From Diadema antillarum (lineage: Eukaryota), in NCBI RefSeq assembly GCF_040938485.1, contig NW_027271017.1, forward strand, positions 7,068,001 to 7,132,000: 64,000 bases of DNA, in the 5' to 3' direction. The position numbers were made by a program, and so were the translations under genes. The notes beneath the pieces are model-generated. The model was given only the letters and a program-made list of their open reading frames with translations, searched no databases and was not told the DNA's origin. Below, in pieces: positions 1-12,400 of this stretch (positions are counted from its first letter, which is position 1; each line of letters begins with the position of its first letter).

Positions 1-118
1 ATAACAAACTCACAAAGCCTTCCTATAACGAGGTGAGTTGTGCAGGCCCCAACTCTATATGATTCTTTGTTTCAGTACCTTGATATACTAGCAGTGAGTA
101 ACCTGATATACCACAGTA

Positions 119-422
119 CAGAGACTCCAACCCAAAGCACCTTCTGATCTGGAGATTCTCCCGCCTGAAACCCCTAGCAAACGGGAGACTCCAAATTGAT
201 GTGTGCGAAGCACGAAGTTTCTAGGGTTCTAGATGCGCTCTTGTACTATCTAAGGCTTATTTTTTCAACACACGATAGTAATAAAGTAAGAAATCCTTTC
301 CAACGGGAGACAGAGAGCCAGGGCGGGAGAAATTAAATCTCAAACGGGAGAACGGGAGATTTTGCAAAAATGGGTTTTCGGCGGGAGATCTCCCGTCGAA
401 AACGGGAGAGTTGGAGTCTCTG
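119..422 (+). mobile_element. Non-autonomous DNA transposon (MITE), hAT6-like, 6-bp TSD
   Basis: 13-bp TIR CAGAGACTCCAAC/GTTGGAGTCTCTG; TSD ACAGTA both sides; sister copy at 42142-42501. Confidence 0.85.
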
Positions 423-684
423 ACAGTACCTGGTAATTGTCATGGTTTTTACGTCCTCATCATAATGTGGCTGCTCTTTAGCTCATGGTCAACAGTGACC
501 ACAATATCCAATTTCAGTATAATCTGCCATCGTACCCAGTTACTTCTTTTTCTGCAAGAGTTTTCTAAATCTTACACAATGGCCTGCTTTTAAGGACAAC
601 AAAGTTTTCAATTAGTATGAAAAGGAAATAAATGTAGGACATATGGGTACCTGTTGGCAAAAAACAAACAAACAAACTACAACA

Positions 685-1088
685 CTAGAAAAGCGCTCGG
701 AGAGCACAGACCTCCGCCAAGCCAGCAACTCATTTCCATCCATACATGCATGCAATTTCCCAATAAAGAAGCCTTTTGTTTACATCATCTACAGCTGTGT
801 GGCGCCTGGCCCAAGCAGAATATGCGCTTTAGTGCGCGCATGAAAACCTCCATTACCTGCAGCTTGAACTCCCAAGTTCATTGACCTTTATGCCAAAAGA
901 TTTTAAAAATCCTTTAAAAATCCATAGACTTTCCCACATCACTACCAAAATTTAATCATCTGTTTCTTGTGTCATTATCAACTTTTCCTGCAAGTTTCAT
1001 TCAAATCCGTTCACAACTTTTTGAGTTATTTTGCAAACAGACAAACCAATGCGATGATCACTTAACCTCCTTCCTTGGCGGAGGTAAA
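685..1088 (-). mobile_element. Non-autonomous Helitron/Helentron-like element
   Basis: 5' TTACCTCCGCCAAGGAAGGAGG; subterminal inverted TTGGCGGAGG; 3' hairpin GCTCTCCGAGC then TTTTCTAG; homologous to 26893-27394. Confidence 0.65.
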
Positions 1089-3405
1089 AATGATTAGCCA
1101 TGTGCCGAAACCTCTAGCATATACACATGTACGGGAGAAACATATGTGACATTTACTACACACATCACCTGTTCATAAAGACCATTCTTTTCTGATCTCC
1201 CTACAGTAGCCACTATACACTGGTTTGACTGTAGGTGGTATGACAAGTTATGCATCATAGCAGATCTATGTTAAATAACATATTGGCAGTGATAATAAAT
1301 GAACAGAAGTATCAATATTTCATCTCAAATAACTAAAATCACTTTCTTCAAACATTTCTCTTCTTATGCATCCAAATAAGACCACATGCATTAAACAAAT
1401 TCCAGCTTTAAAGAGGAGAAGGTGACCAATAATGAAATTGAATAAACAAAGAGGCTGGTACTTTAATCTTTCATTACAACAAACATATCTGTTGATATTC
1501 AAAATAGAGAAACATGGTTCAGCCCTCTCTATTTCATTTCTCAGTTAAATTCTGTGGTTTTAGTCTAATGATTTTATCTGTCATTGTTTGTATTTCATAG
1601 GGTAGAGTGATCCCTTTGATGTTCATATGTAATTCTTCATTTCAGTTGCAGAATTATTAAAAAGCCTCTGATCTGCCGAATCTGCAATGGATCCTCACAA
1701 CTGGTAACACATTTTGGAAGACTTTTACTGTTTCTGTCTCAAATTGGCAAATTTTTGTGATTTGTCCTGATTTTGTGCAGATTTTAGAATTCAATCAGTC
1801 CCATCTACCAGTAATCTTGATCCTACATAGGATACATTGTAAAATTCAGAGCTGTCGATTAAAAGAGGACAATATGATAATTTCTGCAGATAAAAATTAC
1901 CCCAGAACTTGTAATACGGCAACGGCATCATCGGAATAAAACTTTTCTTTTCATTACAGCTTGCCTCAAAGTGATCATATTCAACCCACTTGCCAATGCA
2001 AAGGGAATAAAAAAAACCATACAAAATGACGAGAGGATATATATATAAACGAATTTGTATCTCAGTGGGTACCCACTCATTACTTTAGAAGACAGGTACA
2101 CATCGAGGGAGCAGACACCCAGTTCTATAGCAAGATTAGAGTCTAAGATTTCAAAGGGTTGTGTCTCTTGTCTGCAAATCCCCACACAAGGCTGGTGAAG
2201 TAATATGATTACCCATCAGATTTACACTGAAGGGTGAGTGCCACTTGTCCTTTGCTTAGTCAAATCTCTTCACAAGACGTGTCGACAAGCAAATGATTAC
2301 AAACAATACAAAAGTGATTGACTCTTTAGGTTACTTGTAAGAACAACATTTGTGCTTGAAAATGCCATATTGGCAATCCACTGCTTTAAAGTCCTATGGT
2401 GGACTTACGCCTGCCCTGCATGACAGGCTCAGTACCTTGTCCTGACCAGCACAAATCTTCACATTCCATATCTGATTCTCTCTTGTAGATTTGGTTCTCA
2501 ATACTTCACTTAATTCTTCTTATATCTGATTCCCTCTTTTACTTTTTGGTTCTTAGTATTTTAGCTCACATATTGCATGATTCAGGCAGCTCTTACTTTC
2601 AGTCTTCTAACAAATAGATGAATACAGTATATGTTGAAGGGCTCCCTCTTCAGGTCTCATGCAGATATTCTCTTATCTCAGACAATGTAGTACCCTTGCA
2701 GCAGTAGTTACCTAAATCTCATGGCAAAGAGGGCAGAGCAAGAGAGCGTTTTATCGCCATATCAGGCAGAATTCAAATACTGCACCCCCAAGTCCCCTCC
2801 ATCTTGGTGAATACTTAATGATTTTGTAAAAGTGCATACAAACAAAGCTGCAGCTTACAAACAAAGAGATCATCTTCTACAACTGGTGACAGAAGCCACG
2901 ACACGGAACAGAAGCAACAAAGACAGGCATGGCAGTGCATCATCCTCAGGACCAGATCCACTGTAGTAATTTTTACATCTCTTTCGCTGCTTTTCTGCAG
3001 TTTGTTATTCAGCCATGCAAAAGCATACATGGAGCAGGACCTCAGCTTTTGCCCTTTACATCCGACCGACTGCTGATGTCATTGCTTTTATATATTATCA
3101 CTTTCGAAAGTCTATAATCTCTTATCATCAATAAGTGCTACCGCAACTTACAAAGCACATTCAAGTCCGCATGCTTCATTAGACAACCACAGAGTTATCA
3201 AAAAGGCACTACGACATCAATTCTGAAATCTAAGTACAATGATTGTGACAGGAATACAAGAAGTTCATTTCAGTCTAATACTTATTACATGCCAGAATGA
3301 CGGAAAGAGAAGAAGATGGAGTAGAAGATGAAGGGTAAAGAGAGAAACAAGGAGCTCCATCCACTGGGCAGAGAGATGCCATCCTGAATGGGACACACCC
3401 AAATC

Positions 3406-3477
3406 TCACGTCTCATCTGGAGTGATGATCAGCTGCAGCTTCTTCTCACTCCAGTCCATCACCTTGGGTAAGTCCAG
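3406..3477 (-). CDS. SUFU: SUFU coding exon 10/10 (LDLPKVMDWSEKKLQLIITPDET*)
   Basis: ggttgcag|CTG; TGA at 3408-3406; aligns with human FKLPKEYSWPEKKLKVSILPD. Confidence 0.92.
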   Translation of the reverse strand: MDLPKVMDWSEKKLQLIITPDET

Positions 3478-6400
3478 CTGCAACCGAGAGAGCCAGTCGA
3501 TAGATATGATTATAAAATGGTTATGGATCCTAATCAAATGATTGGATGAGAGCAATCACGTGAGCAGTCTTTAATTTTACCCAACATGCCCAGCAGGCAT
3601 TAGTCTCTACCACTGACTGCCATCTAATGCCTGCTACTAATGACCCCTCAGAGAAACGAGTGTATATGACTGTGACTTGCTGTGTAATCTCATTTAGTGA
3701 CATCACAGTTGCATACTTTAGCAATGCGCACTCAGTCAGTTAAAGGGCATGCACTCAGTCACCTATTTTAATTACCATGAACAAATTTTCGTGTTCAGTG
3801 CCATTAGCAGTGTGTTTGGAGCACTTCTTCGTACATCTTGGGTTTTTCAAATGTAAATTCTATACATAACTGACTGGTATTTACCCATAAAATAAGGTAA
3901 GTGAAAAATAGGTCACAAAACCATTTTATAATACATATAATGCACAGGTTTAAGTTTGCGAAGTTAGTGGAGATGCAGCGCACTCTCGAGTATTCACAAT
4001 GTTGTGCAACATGCACTCGGCTGCTCTTGTGCATGTTACACCATTGTAAATACCCTCAAGTATGCTGCATTTCCACTAGTGCCCTCTCACCTGTGCACTA
4101 TTTGTATATTAGGACTACTATGAGGTGTGGGAACATTTGGTATAGTCCAACCTCAGTTATCAGGCAATGTTGGGACTGGGGGACAACCCGTTAGGTAGTA
4201 TTGTTGGATTAGCAAGACATGGTCAAGCACAATACTTTTATGCAAGTTGTTTTGGGTATAAATCAGGCATTCTTAATTCACTTTTCATTATGCTAACTGA
4301 AATGATGTTTGCAAGTTTCATTATTCAAATAATGTGGAAATAACATGGCATAAGAGTGGAAATACAGCATCCTCTTAGTCCGTTACCTTTTAGCAACAGT
4401 ACTTTGGTTGGTATAGACATACACACTGCACATCATATCGTAGTGATTGACACATATGTCCTGATTTCATTGTATTGGCAAGAGAATTGTTACGTTGTAC
4501 TTTAAGTGAAGTTTCACACTGATTAATTGCTAAGAGATTCATATACCAGTCCATGTATGGATAATAGAGAGATCCCGTACAGTGATGACCAGTAACCCAG
4601 GTCAAGACTGTGTATTATCCCCCAACGCTGGACAGACCTAGCATGAAAACCATCTTTTACAACTGACTAGATACTCAAAAGCACTCCTTGTTTCTACTTT
4701 GAGGTTGTTGCTACAATGAATCTAATTTGCCATTGAGTGGAAAAGCAAAGAGAATCATTCAACTGCTCTAATATCTCTGTCCTAATCATTGTCACAATGA
4801 ATATGATGACAAATTACATTCACTCTGTAAAATTTGAATGGGTTGATGCTTGACTAGATAAGGTGTGGGCTGAACATTTAGAGATTTCAAACTTCTCAGA
4901 TATCTTTGAAATTCCTTACTTCATATAGGTTAAGAGCACACCTTTCTCACTTCAAGGGCAAACTTGTTGAAAATACTCACACTCTCTCTTGATGGGAGGC
5001 ATTCAAGGTCGTTGGACATTTCATCTGCAAAATCCGCTGAGATGAGGAGCTATAATATAAATACAAAAGAAATGTTTATTTAATATCATTTCAGCTTACG
5101 TACGCAGCGAGTCCAACTCACAAAGAGATGTTAAAAAATGTTGATATTCCAATAGTGGTCAAAAGAAAATGCTAACATATGGCAGGGGCGGATCCAGGAA
5201 TGCTGTAAAGGGAAGGCGCCTTCACAAAATTAAAGGGGGGCGCACCCCCCCCCCATTTTTTTCCTTTTAAATTCTTTTGTTTTAACAAAAAATAAAGAGG
5301 GCGATGCGCCCCCCTCTGGATCTGCCACTGTATGGCATGAAATCAGAACGCCTTACATGTTTTTTAGCTTTGTGACAAACAAAACGAGAGATAAACAGAC
5401 ACTAATCCTCTACACAGGTCACATGTACCATTGTTGGTATATTTTGACATATACACCCTAAACATATGCTGTGTGTTTGTTATATGTCCATGCAATCACA
5501 AATGTTTGTCGATCAGAACGTCTCAGCTGACAGTTATCTGATTACAAACATAATAGGGGGGAGGTATTACAACTTGACTATAACTATTTGCCTTCTCCCA
5601 ACCATTTGATTAACATCCATGGCTCTCCTGGATACTGTTCACTGAGGTAATCTTCCTGAGTTACACAGGTGTCATAATCTTCTTTACTTTGCAGGCTTGG
5701 TATAGAGCCACGATTCACTGTCACCACATTGTCAGGAAACTGTGTAAAATTATTAATAATCAATAAATGATAAATTAAGTGTCAAGACCGACTTGAAAGT
5801 CAGTCCTAACAAGTTCATGAACTTGCACCAAAATTCAAGAAGACATTCTCTTTAGTTTATCATCTGTTTGGAGTAAAACAGTGAACAGCAAAGCTTTACA
5901 AATATTGTTGCATGTAAATGACTTTGCAGTCTTATCTCGTTCAATCCGTTATTTTTCATGAATATTCATCATCTTAATAATTTCACTGATTTTCTAGTTT
6001 AAGTGATGGTAATCATTGTCTAGAGTGGTTGGTTAGGGGGTGAATGTTTGTTAAGGTCCAGGAGTATTTGTTTTTAATCAATGTTGCATAAACCATGCTG
6101 TTGAACAGTATCATCACACAGATGACTGAAGGATGGATAAAGAATGGTACACAAGATTAAGAAAATAAATAAAAAAATCCACTCCATGTTTACCGGCTAC
6201 AAATCAAATTTGGAGAGAAGAGTCAAACGGAAAAATTACAAGAAAAATGGTTAGAGAAGCAATGACCAATATCAATGTGAAATATAATCATATGAAACTT
6301 TACTATTCCACAACTTCCTTGTGTTACTTTAAATTTGCTAATTTTTTCACTCTTTCATTCGTTTGATTTCACATTATGAAGTTGACATGGCGATGAATCT

Positions 6401-9400
6401 AAGTTCTTGTGAATGCTAATGTGTTACAAATCAATAAGTGTGAAAGCTGCATGACAAGGCTGTGCAGAGAATGACATGTCTTACCTGGAGCCAGGGACCC
6501 CTGGCCACAAAGGGATGGTTCTCCTCCACGAAGGAGCCCTCTACGCTGGGGGACACCAGCGTGATTGCACAGTCGTTGGCCACGTTCTTGAAGGTGAAGT
6601 GGCGGCCATGTTTGATGCGGCCCCTGTATGTGTAAAAGGCACACAACCAGAAAAATAGAAATGAGGAAGTAACAAAAAAGAACCAGCATATGTGAAGCAT
6701 ACACAGTTAAATAACCCCACGCTGTCCATAAGATAATGATTATCATGCCTCGACACCTCAGAACGTTCACTCCTGCACATACAACATCTCTCTTCATTGC
6801 AGTTGTTACCCTGAGACCTAGGTCGCTTTTGAGCACTTTCAAGAGAACCAAACCGTACCGAACTGAACCGTACTGAGCCAGATTGGGAGTTTTGAGTACC
6901 CTGTGGAGAAAGCAAACCTCGTGAGTTGTGTTTGGACTTGAGTCGGAGGAGTGGCAAGTTTTATAGCAATAGGGTCACGCACCTGCCGCACCTGTGCTAC
7001 ATACACGTGTCCTGAACAAAGAGAATCAACTCTTTGCGTTATGATGTAGTGCGTGCTACATGCATTCTTCTCATGCCAACTTCTGGTACGGTGTGTACAC
7101 TTTAGGACCACTTTGTGTACTAGCACTCTGAAGCACCGTACAGTATGGAATGCTTTTGGAGCACAATGGAAATAGGTCCGCTTTTGGCACAGTACGATAC
7201 ATTACGGTACACTTTAAGAGTGCTTGAGATCTCCTCTGGCAAAGGATATGGTATGGTATGGCACTCCTCAGTATAGCACTACAAAGCACCCACAGGGTGC
7301 ATTTGAGTGCTCTCCTAAAGTAAACTGTACCAAACCGTACCCATGCCAGAGGAGCGCTCGAACACTACTAAAGTGTGCCATAACGAACTGAACCAAGCCA
7401 AAAGTGGACCACTTCCTGATGTGCTCCAAAAGAGTACCAAAAGCGCACCAAAAGTTTGCATGTGAGAATGCATGTATTATGCACATACGGTATAATGCAA
7501 AGACTTCATTCTCTTTGTTCGGGACAACTGTAAGTAGTTAAAGCGCGCCAGGTGAATGACCCTTTTGCTACAAAATGTGTGACCCCCTCTAAAAATAACT
7601 CATGAGGTACACTTTCAAAACAGACCGTTCAAACGCTCCAAATCTGGCACAGTTCGGTATGGTATGCTTTGGTTCAGTTTGCTTTGGTTTGCCTTAGAGC
7701 GCTCGAATGCACCCCTAGATTACAATAGTTATACATGCATGCTTCCTGGATTGAAAAAAAAAAAAAATCCATACTACAAAGCATCAATGATCATAGCCAT
7801 GGAAGAGACTGACTCACTCAAAGTTTGTTGGAGACAATCACAAACACACCACATGCATAGACATACATACAAAAAGATGATATATCGACATGACACTATG
7901 CAATACATCAAGATAATGATGGTCATTGAATGGCTACTGAAGGGTCACTGAAGGGTCACTAAAGGATCACTGAATAGTCACTCAAAGGTCAGCACACAAA
8001 CCTGAGAGCCAGGGCAAGCAGTGTGGCAGCTTCCAGGTTCAGTCTCATGCTGACCCCTTCCAGGTAGCGCGAGTTGCCGAGCTCAAAGATAGAGCTGCGG
8101 GTGTCAGCGTCGCTCTCCAGTGAGGGCTTCCGGTTCAGACCGCGCCCCTCTGCCTCCTCCTTGCCCTCCCCTTCCTCCCCGGGACGACCCGAGATGGGCG
8201 GTAGGACCGGTCTGTCATTGGACAGGCCTCGGGTGAGAGCCTGGCGGATCTGCTCGGTTTCTACAAGATGAAGTAGAGATGGAAATGATGACTTCTTAGA
8301 AGTCTCCTCCTCAGTGAAGCATGTTGAATATCAAAGATATCACACAGCATATATGATATATGCATTACAAAATGAATGCTGAAATAACTTCTTGCTCTGT
8401 TCAATGTGCTTTACAATCTACAATTATTGTGGAAGAAGACAGAAAATATCAAATACCATCCATATCTATTTTTAGAAATTGCAAGCTTCTGGAAAGATAT
8501 GAAGTTTAAGAGCAATAACCTGTTGAGGATGAGTCTTGAGTATACTCCATTCGATACACCATTCATGCCTGTAATGAGACTAACCTAGCTGTGATATCCT
8601 TGGGGTGTCCCCCTCATTAGTCCAGTCCCCGACCGGCTCCCAAGAGCACCTAGCGCTGACACCGCTGAGATTGGAGCCCTCCGTCTCGATGCCGTGCTCG
8701 ACTTCATCCATGAGATGGGGGTTGACCTCGAAGATGGTCTCGCCCCGCCTCATGTCTGTCACCAGCCACTCCCCTCCAGCTCTGTCAATCAACAAAGGGG
8801 GCGGGGCAAAAACTGAACATGGCGACCTCACAATAACATGGAAATCAAGCAATTTCATATCATAGTACAAACTGAGTATATGTGGCTCATTTGTGGATGT
8901 AAAGAAAGCAGCACAATGAACCAGTTGAATACTGTAAATATATGCCATATATCTAGCAAGTCTAATTTTTTCATAATACAGACATCCCGACAATTTCGCA
9001 AGTGGTTATATTTGTGATCGTGGAGTACAAAAATGAACAGAGAAATATGCCCCTGCACGTCGCATTCATGTCAAGATCAGAGTAAATGATTTTGGGTGTT
9101 GTTAAATTCGCGAATAGCACTGGACTCCCAAAATTCATGACAATAAAACCTTGAGATATGTATGGCGTATACAGTATTGAATATAGAATATTGTCTACAG
9201 CATGGAATTTACACTACACTCACACTTCCATAGACTTGAGGAGTTCCAGCATGCCTGGACCATTCCACCTCTGAGATGCCTGGAGTTCTTCTGTACACAC
9301 TCCAACAATCTGTACGAGATAGATATTTAAAGACAAAAATCTGTGAGAGATAGATATTCAAAGACAACAATCTGTGAGAGATAGATATTCAAAGGCAACA

Positions 9401-12400
9401 ATCTGTGAGAGATAGATATTCAAAGACAACAATCTGTGAGAGATAGATATTCAAAGACAACAATCTGTGAGAGATATTCAAAGACAACTATCTGTGAGGG
9501 ATAGATATTCAAAGACAACAATCTGTGAGATACGGATATTCAAAGACAACAATCTGTGAGAGATATTCAAAGACAACAATCTGTGAGAGATATTCAAAGA
9601 CAACAATCTGTGAGAGATAGATATTCAACGACAACAATCTGTGAGAGGTAAGATATTCAAAGACAAAAATAATCAACAGATATTGCTGCATCTAAAGCTA
9701 ACACAAGAAAGCAGTCATATCCCTCACATTTTGGTGTTGTTTTATACATACCCCACATAGTCATAGTGTGCATGGCATCTTCAATGCACATAGCAACATG
9801 TGGGTAGATAAGATTCAGCAACAGTTTAAACCATGCTACCTTACTGTTGGACAGTAACAAGAAATCATGTTTATCAATCTTTAATACACAACAAGAACAA
9901 AGTACTATTTAAATGCATTTTGTAGCTTCAAATCAATGTGAAAGGAAGACATCTTAGAATTTCATGCCACTGTTTTGATCAAAGCAGAAATCACACATTG
10001 TGACATGTATTCACAGAGGATTGGCCTTTCATTTCTACACCTGGCCCATACTTTTAACTTTCCTTTCAAAAATGCACCAGACAGTTTGAAGCTTTCTCAA
10101 TGCTTTGTAATGTTTAGTAAATTCTGTTTTAACCAACTCATGAAGGCAAGCATTCTTTTACTTGACATGATGAAGACCCCTGAGACTGCTTCCTGTTTTT
10201 GTTTTGCTTGCTTTCTTTACAGCTGACGGGTATGACATCATGCCTGACTACCTGTATGAAATTGACGATGCCATGGGGCGTGTTGATTGCCATGAGCTGC
10301 CGGTCGTCTGCCATCAGCATGTGCTGTATGCGAGACTCGCTGTTGTCCAGGGGACTGTGCCAAGACACGTGGTCTCCATTACAAAGAGTGTTTCCTGCAG
10401 GGAGCAGAATTAGAGCAGACATGCCATCAACAAGTACCATTTATAAATGCTTGATTCTTATTGATTGAAAGCATGTAAAGTCTGAGGTGCACTCATTGCC
10501 ATTCATGTGACATCCCACTAGATTCAGTCGAGAAAAGTCCTTTCTCCATTACAAACAATAGCAGACTATGCATTTGGTAGAATTCTGCCACAGATAATAG
10601 TAATGCCCTGGCAAAAACATTTAGCACTCACTACTACAGTTCTAAGGTCTTTTATGCCATGAGTGCATGGGTTATCCTTAGGTTGTGACAGCATGAATAT
10701 CTAAAATCCCTGAAAAATAAACATAAAATGAAAAACAAAAAACAAAACAAAACAAAACAGGATAATATTCAAGGTAGCCATACCAGGGGCAACCTGTTAA
10801 TCTGGACCCTGTTGCATACAAAGATGCAATCAAACATACATCAGAACATCAAACTCAAAATCAAAATCAAAGTGAGACTGTATTAGCTAATCAGAATTGA
10901 GCATTCAAAGACATTCATATGTTTAATTTTCTGATTTATGGATATTAAGTTTTATCTCAACCTTTATGCAACAGAGCCCTGGTAGTACAAAACATGTGGC
11001 ACACACAAACACTTGTTTTAAGACTACATTGCAAATTCATCACTTCTATCAATGTATCACAGGGAATATGCCTTTGAATCAAAATTAAAGTTCTAGCAAA
11101 ACATTTCAAATTTCTTCTCAACAAAAACAGAAATATTTGATTTATTCATAGAATCAGCCCTCTAAAGCATCTTTTTTTAAATATCTAATCTGCCCCCCTC
11201 AACCTGTTGAAGACAAGTCCCGAGAATGCTTGGGCAGGTGTCTATGGGAAATGCGTGTTATAGCAAAATCAGTCCGTCCTCAATGGGTTAAAAAATAAAA
11301 TACATAATATAAAGTAGATAGAGAGGCAGATACAGTGGATTAATAGGTACATACAATGGAGCTAGTGAGGGGGAAGTGAAAAAGAGGAGGATAAAGAAAA
11401 GAGAGATCAACAGATAGATAAACAGAAAGCAATTTAGTGAGGGAGAGAGAAAAAAGTGGGGGGAGGGGCGGGAAGAGAACACCATTGTGGAGAAAGAAGA
11501 GAATGCCCTGTCTTTGGTCTGCTTTGATAATACAGTCTGAATAGATCTCTCTATATAGCCTCCACTGAGGCATACAGGTGGACCAATGGGATCCTTGTCA
11601 ACTTTTGTCACTGATTGGTTGATAGCCTCTTGAGATGATAGCCACCTTGGTAACTGATTCTTTCCTCATTGACAAGAGTATAACGACAAGACCGCTACTC
11701 TTGCTTCCTCCCTCATACACGCACCACAGTGATTGCATGGGAGTACATATTGTACATGAATGTAACACCACATGCTGCCGCAACACATGATATTAGGTAC
11801 TTATACGAACATGGGCATCTTACAGAATCACAAACAGTGTCTCTAAATGGTTTCATTGACATGGCCGATTTATATTCCAATATCCACAGCATTCCCTGGG
11901 CAAGAAGACTTCCTTTCCAATACAAATAATGCACTGTATTCCTAAATATACACAGCAGTTTTAATACCTGGACCCCATTTCATACAAAGTTGCTACGAAA
12001 GCAACTGTTGCTGAAATGGCAGGTGTCATGGTAACAGCAAGAACCCTGCTTCCTGATTGGTTGTTGCTACAAGAAGTTGTTATTCGAGCAAGAGGTGATA
12101 TCCTAACATCTTTCATAAAATTAGATCCTGGCGTGAGCAAAGACAGGACTACTTGTAATACTGTCCCCCCAACCCCATCATTTTATTTTTGATGTCACCA
12201 AACTGTTTATCAACCCTCATAGTGTTTAATACCCTCATTGAGGGATCCACTATTTCTGATCAACCATTCCATTGTGATGGACATTTTGCCAGTGTTAACC
12301 GTAAGTCAGTCATGTTGCGAACTCTTGTATGCATCTTGTATGCACTAGATTCAAACTCAGCTGCAATATCAAGTTTATAAAAGTAGGCAATGATGCCACT

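Noticed and set aside
3403-3411. SUFU stop codon embedded in a donor-like AC|GTGAGA
   Set aside because: The protein ends at about the expected length and no downstream coding exon was found; probably incidental.
4390-4605. Apparent transposase remnant (PVHxWxIE similarity with about 51990-52030)
   Set aside because: The similarity holds in all frames, with many stops, and is bounded by MITE TIRs; it reflects DNA homology, not coding constraint.
9303-9669. CRISPR-like array
   Set aside because: Units are contiguous with no unique spacers, the context is eukaryotic and there are no cas genes; it is a minisatellite.
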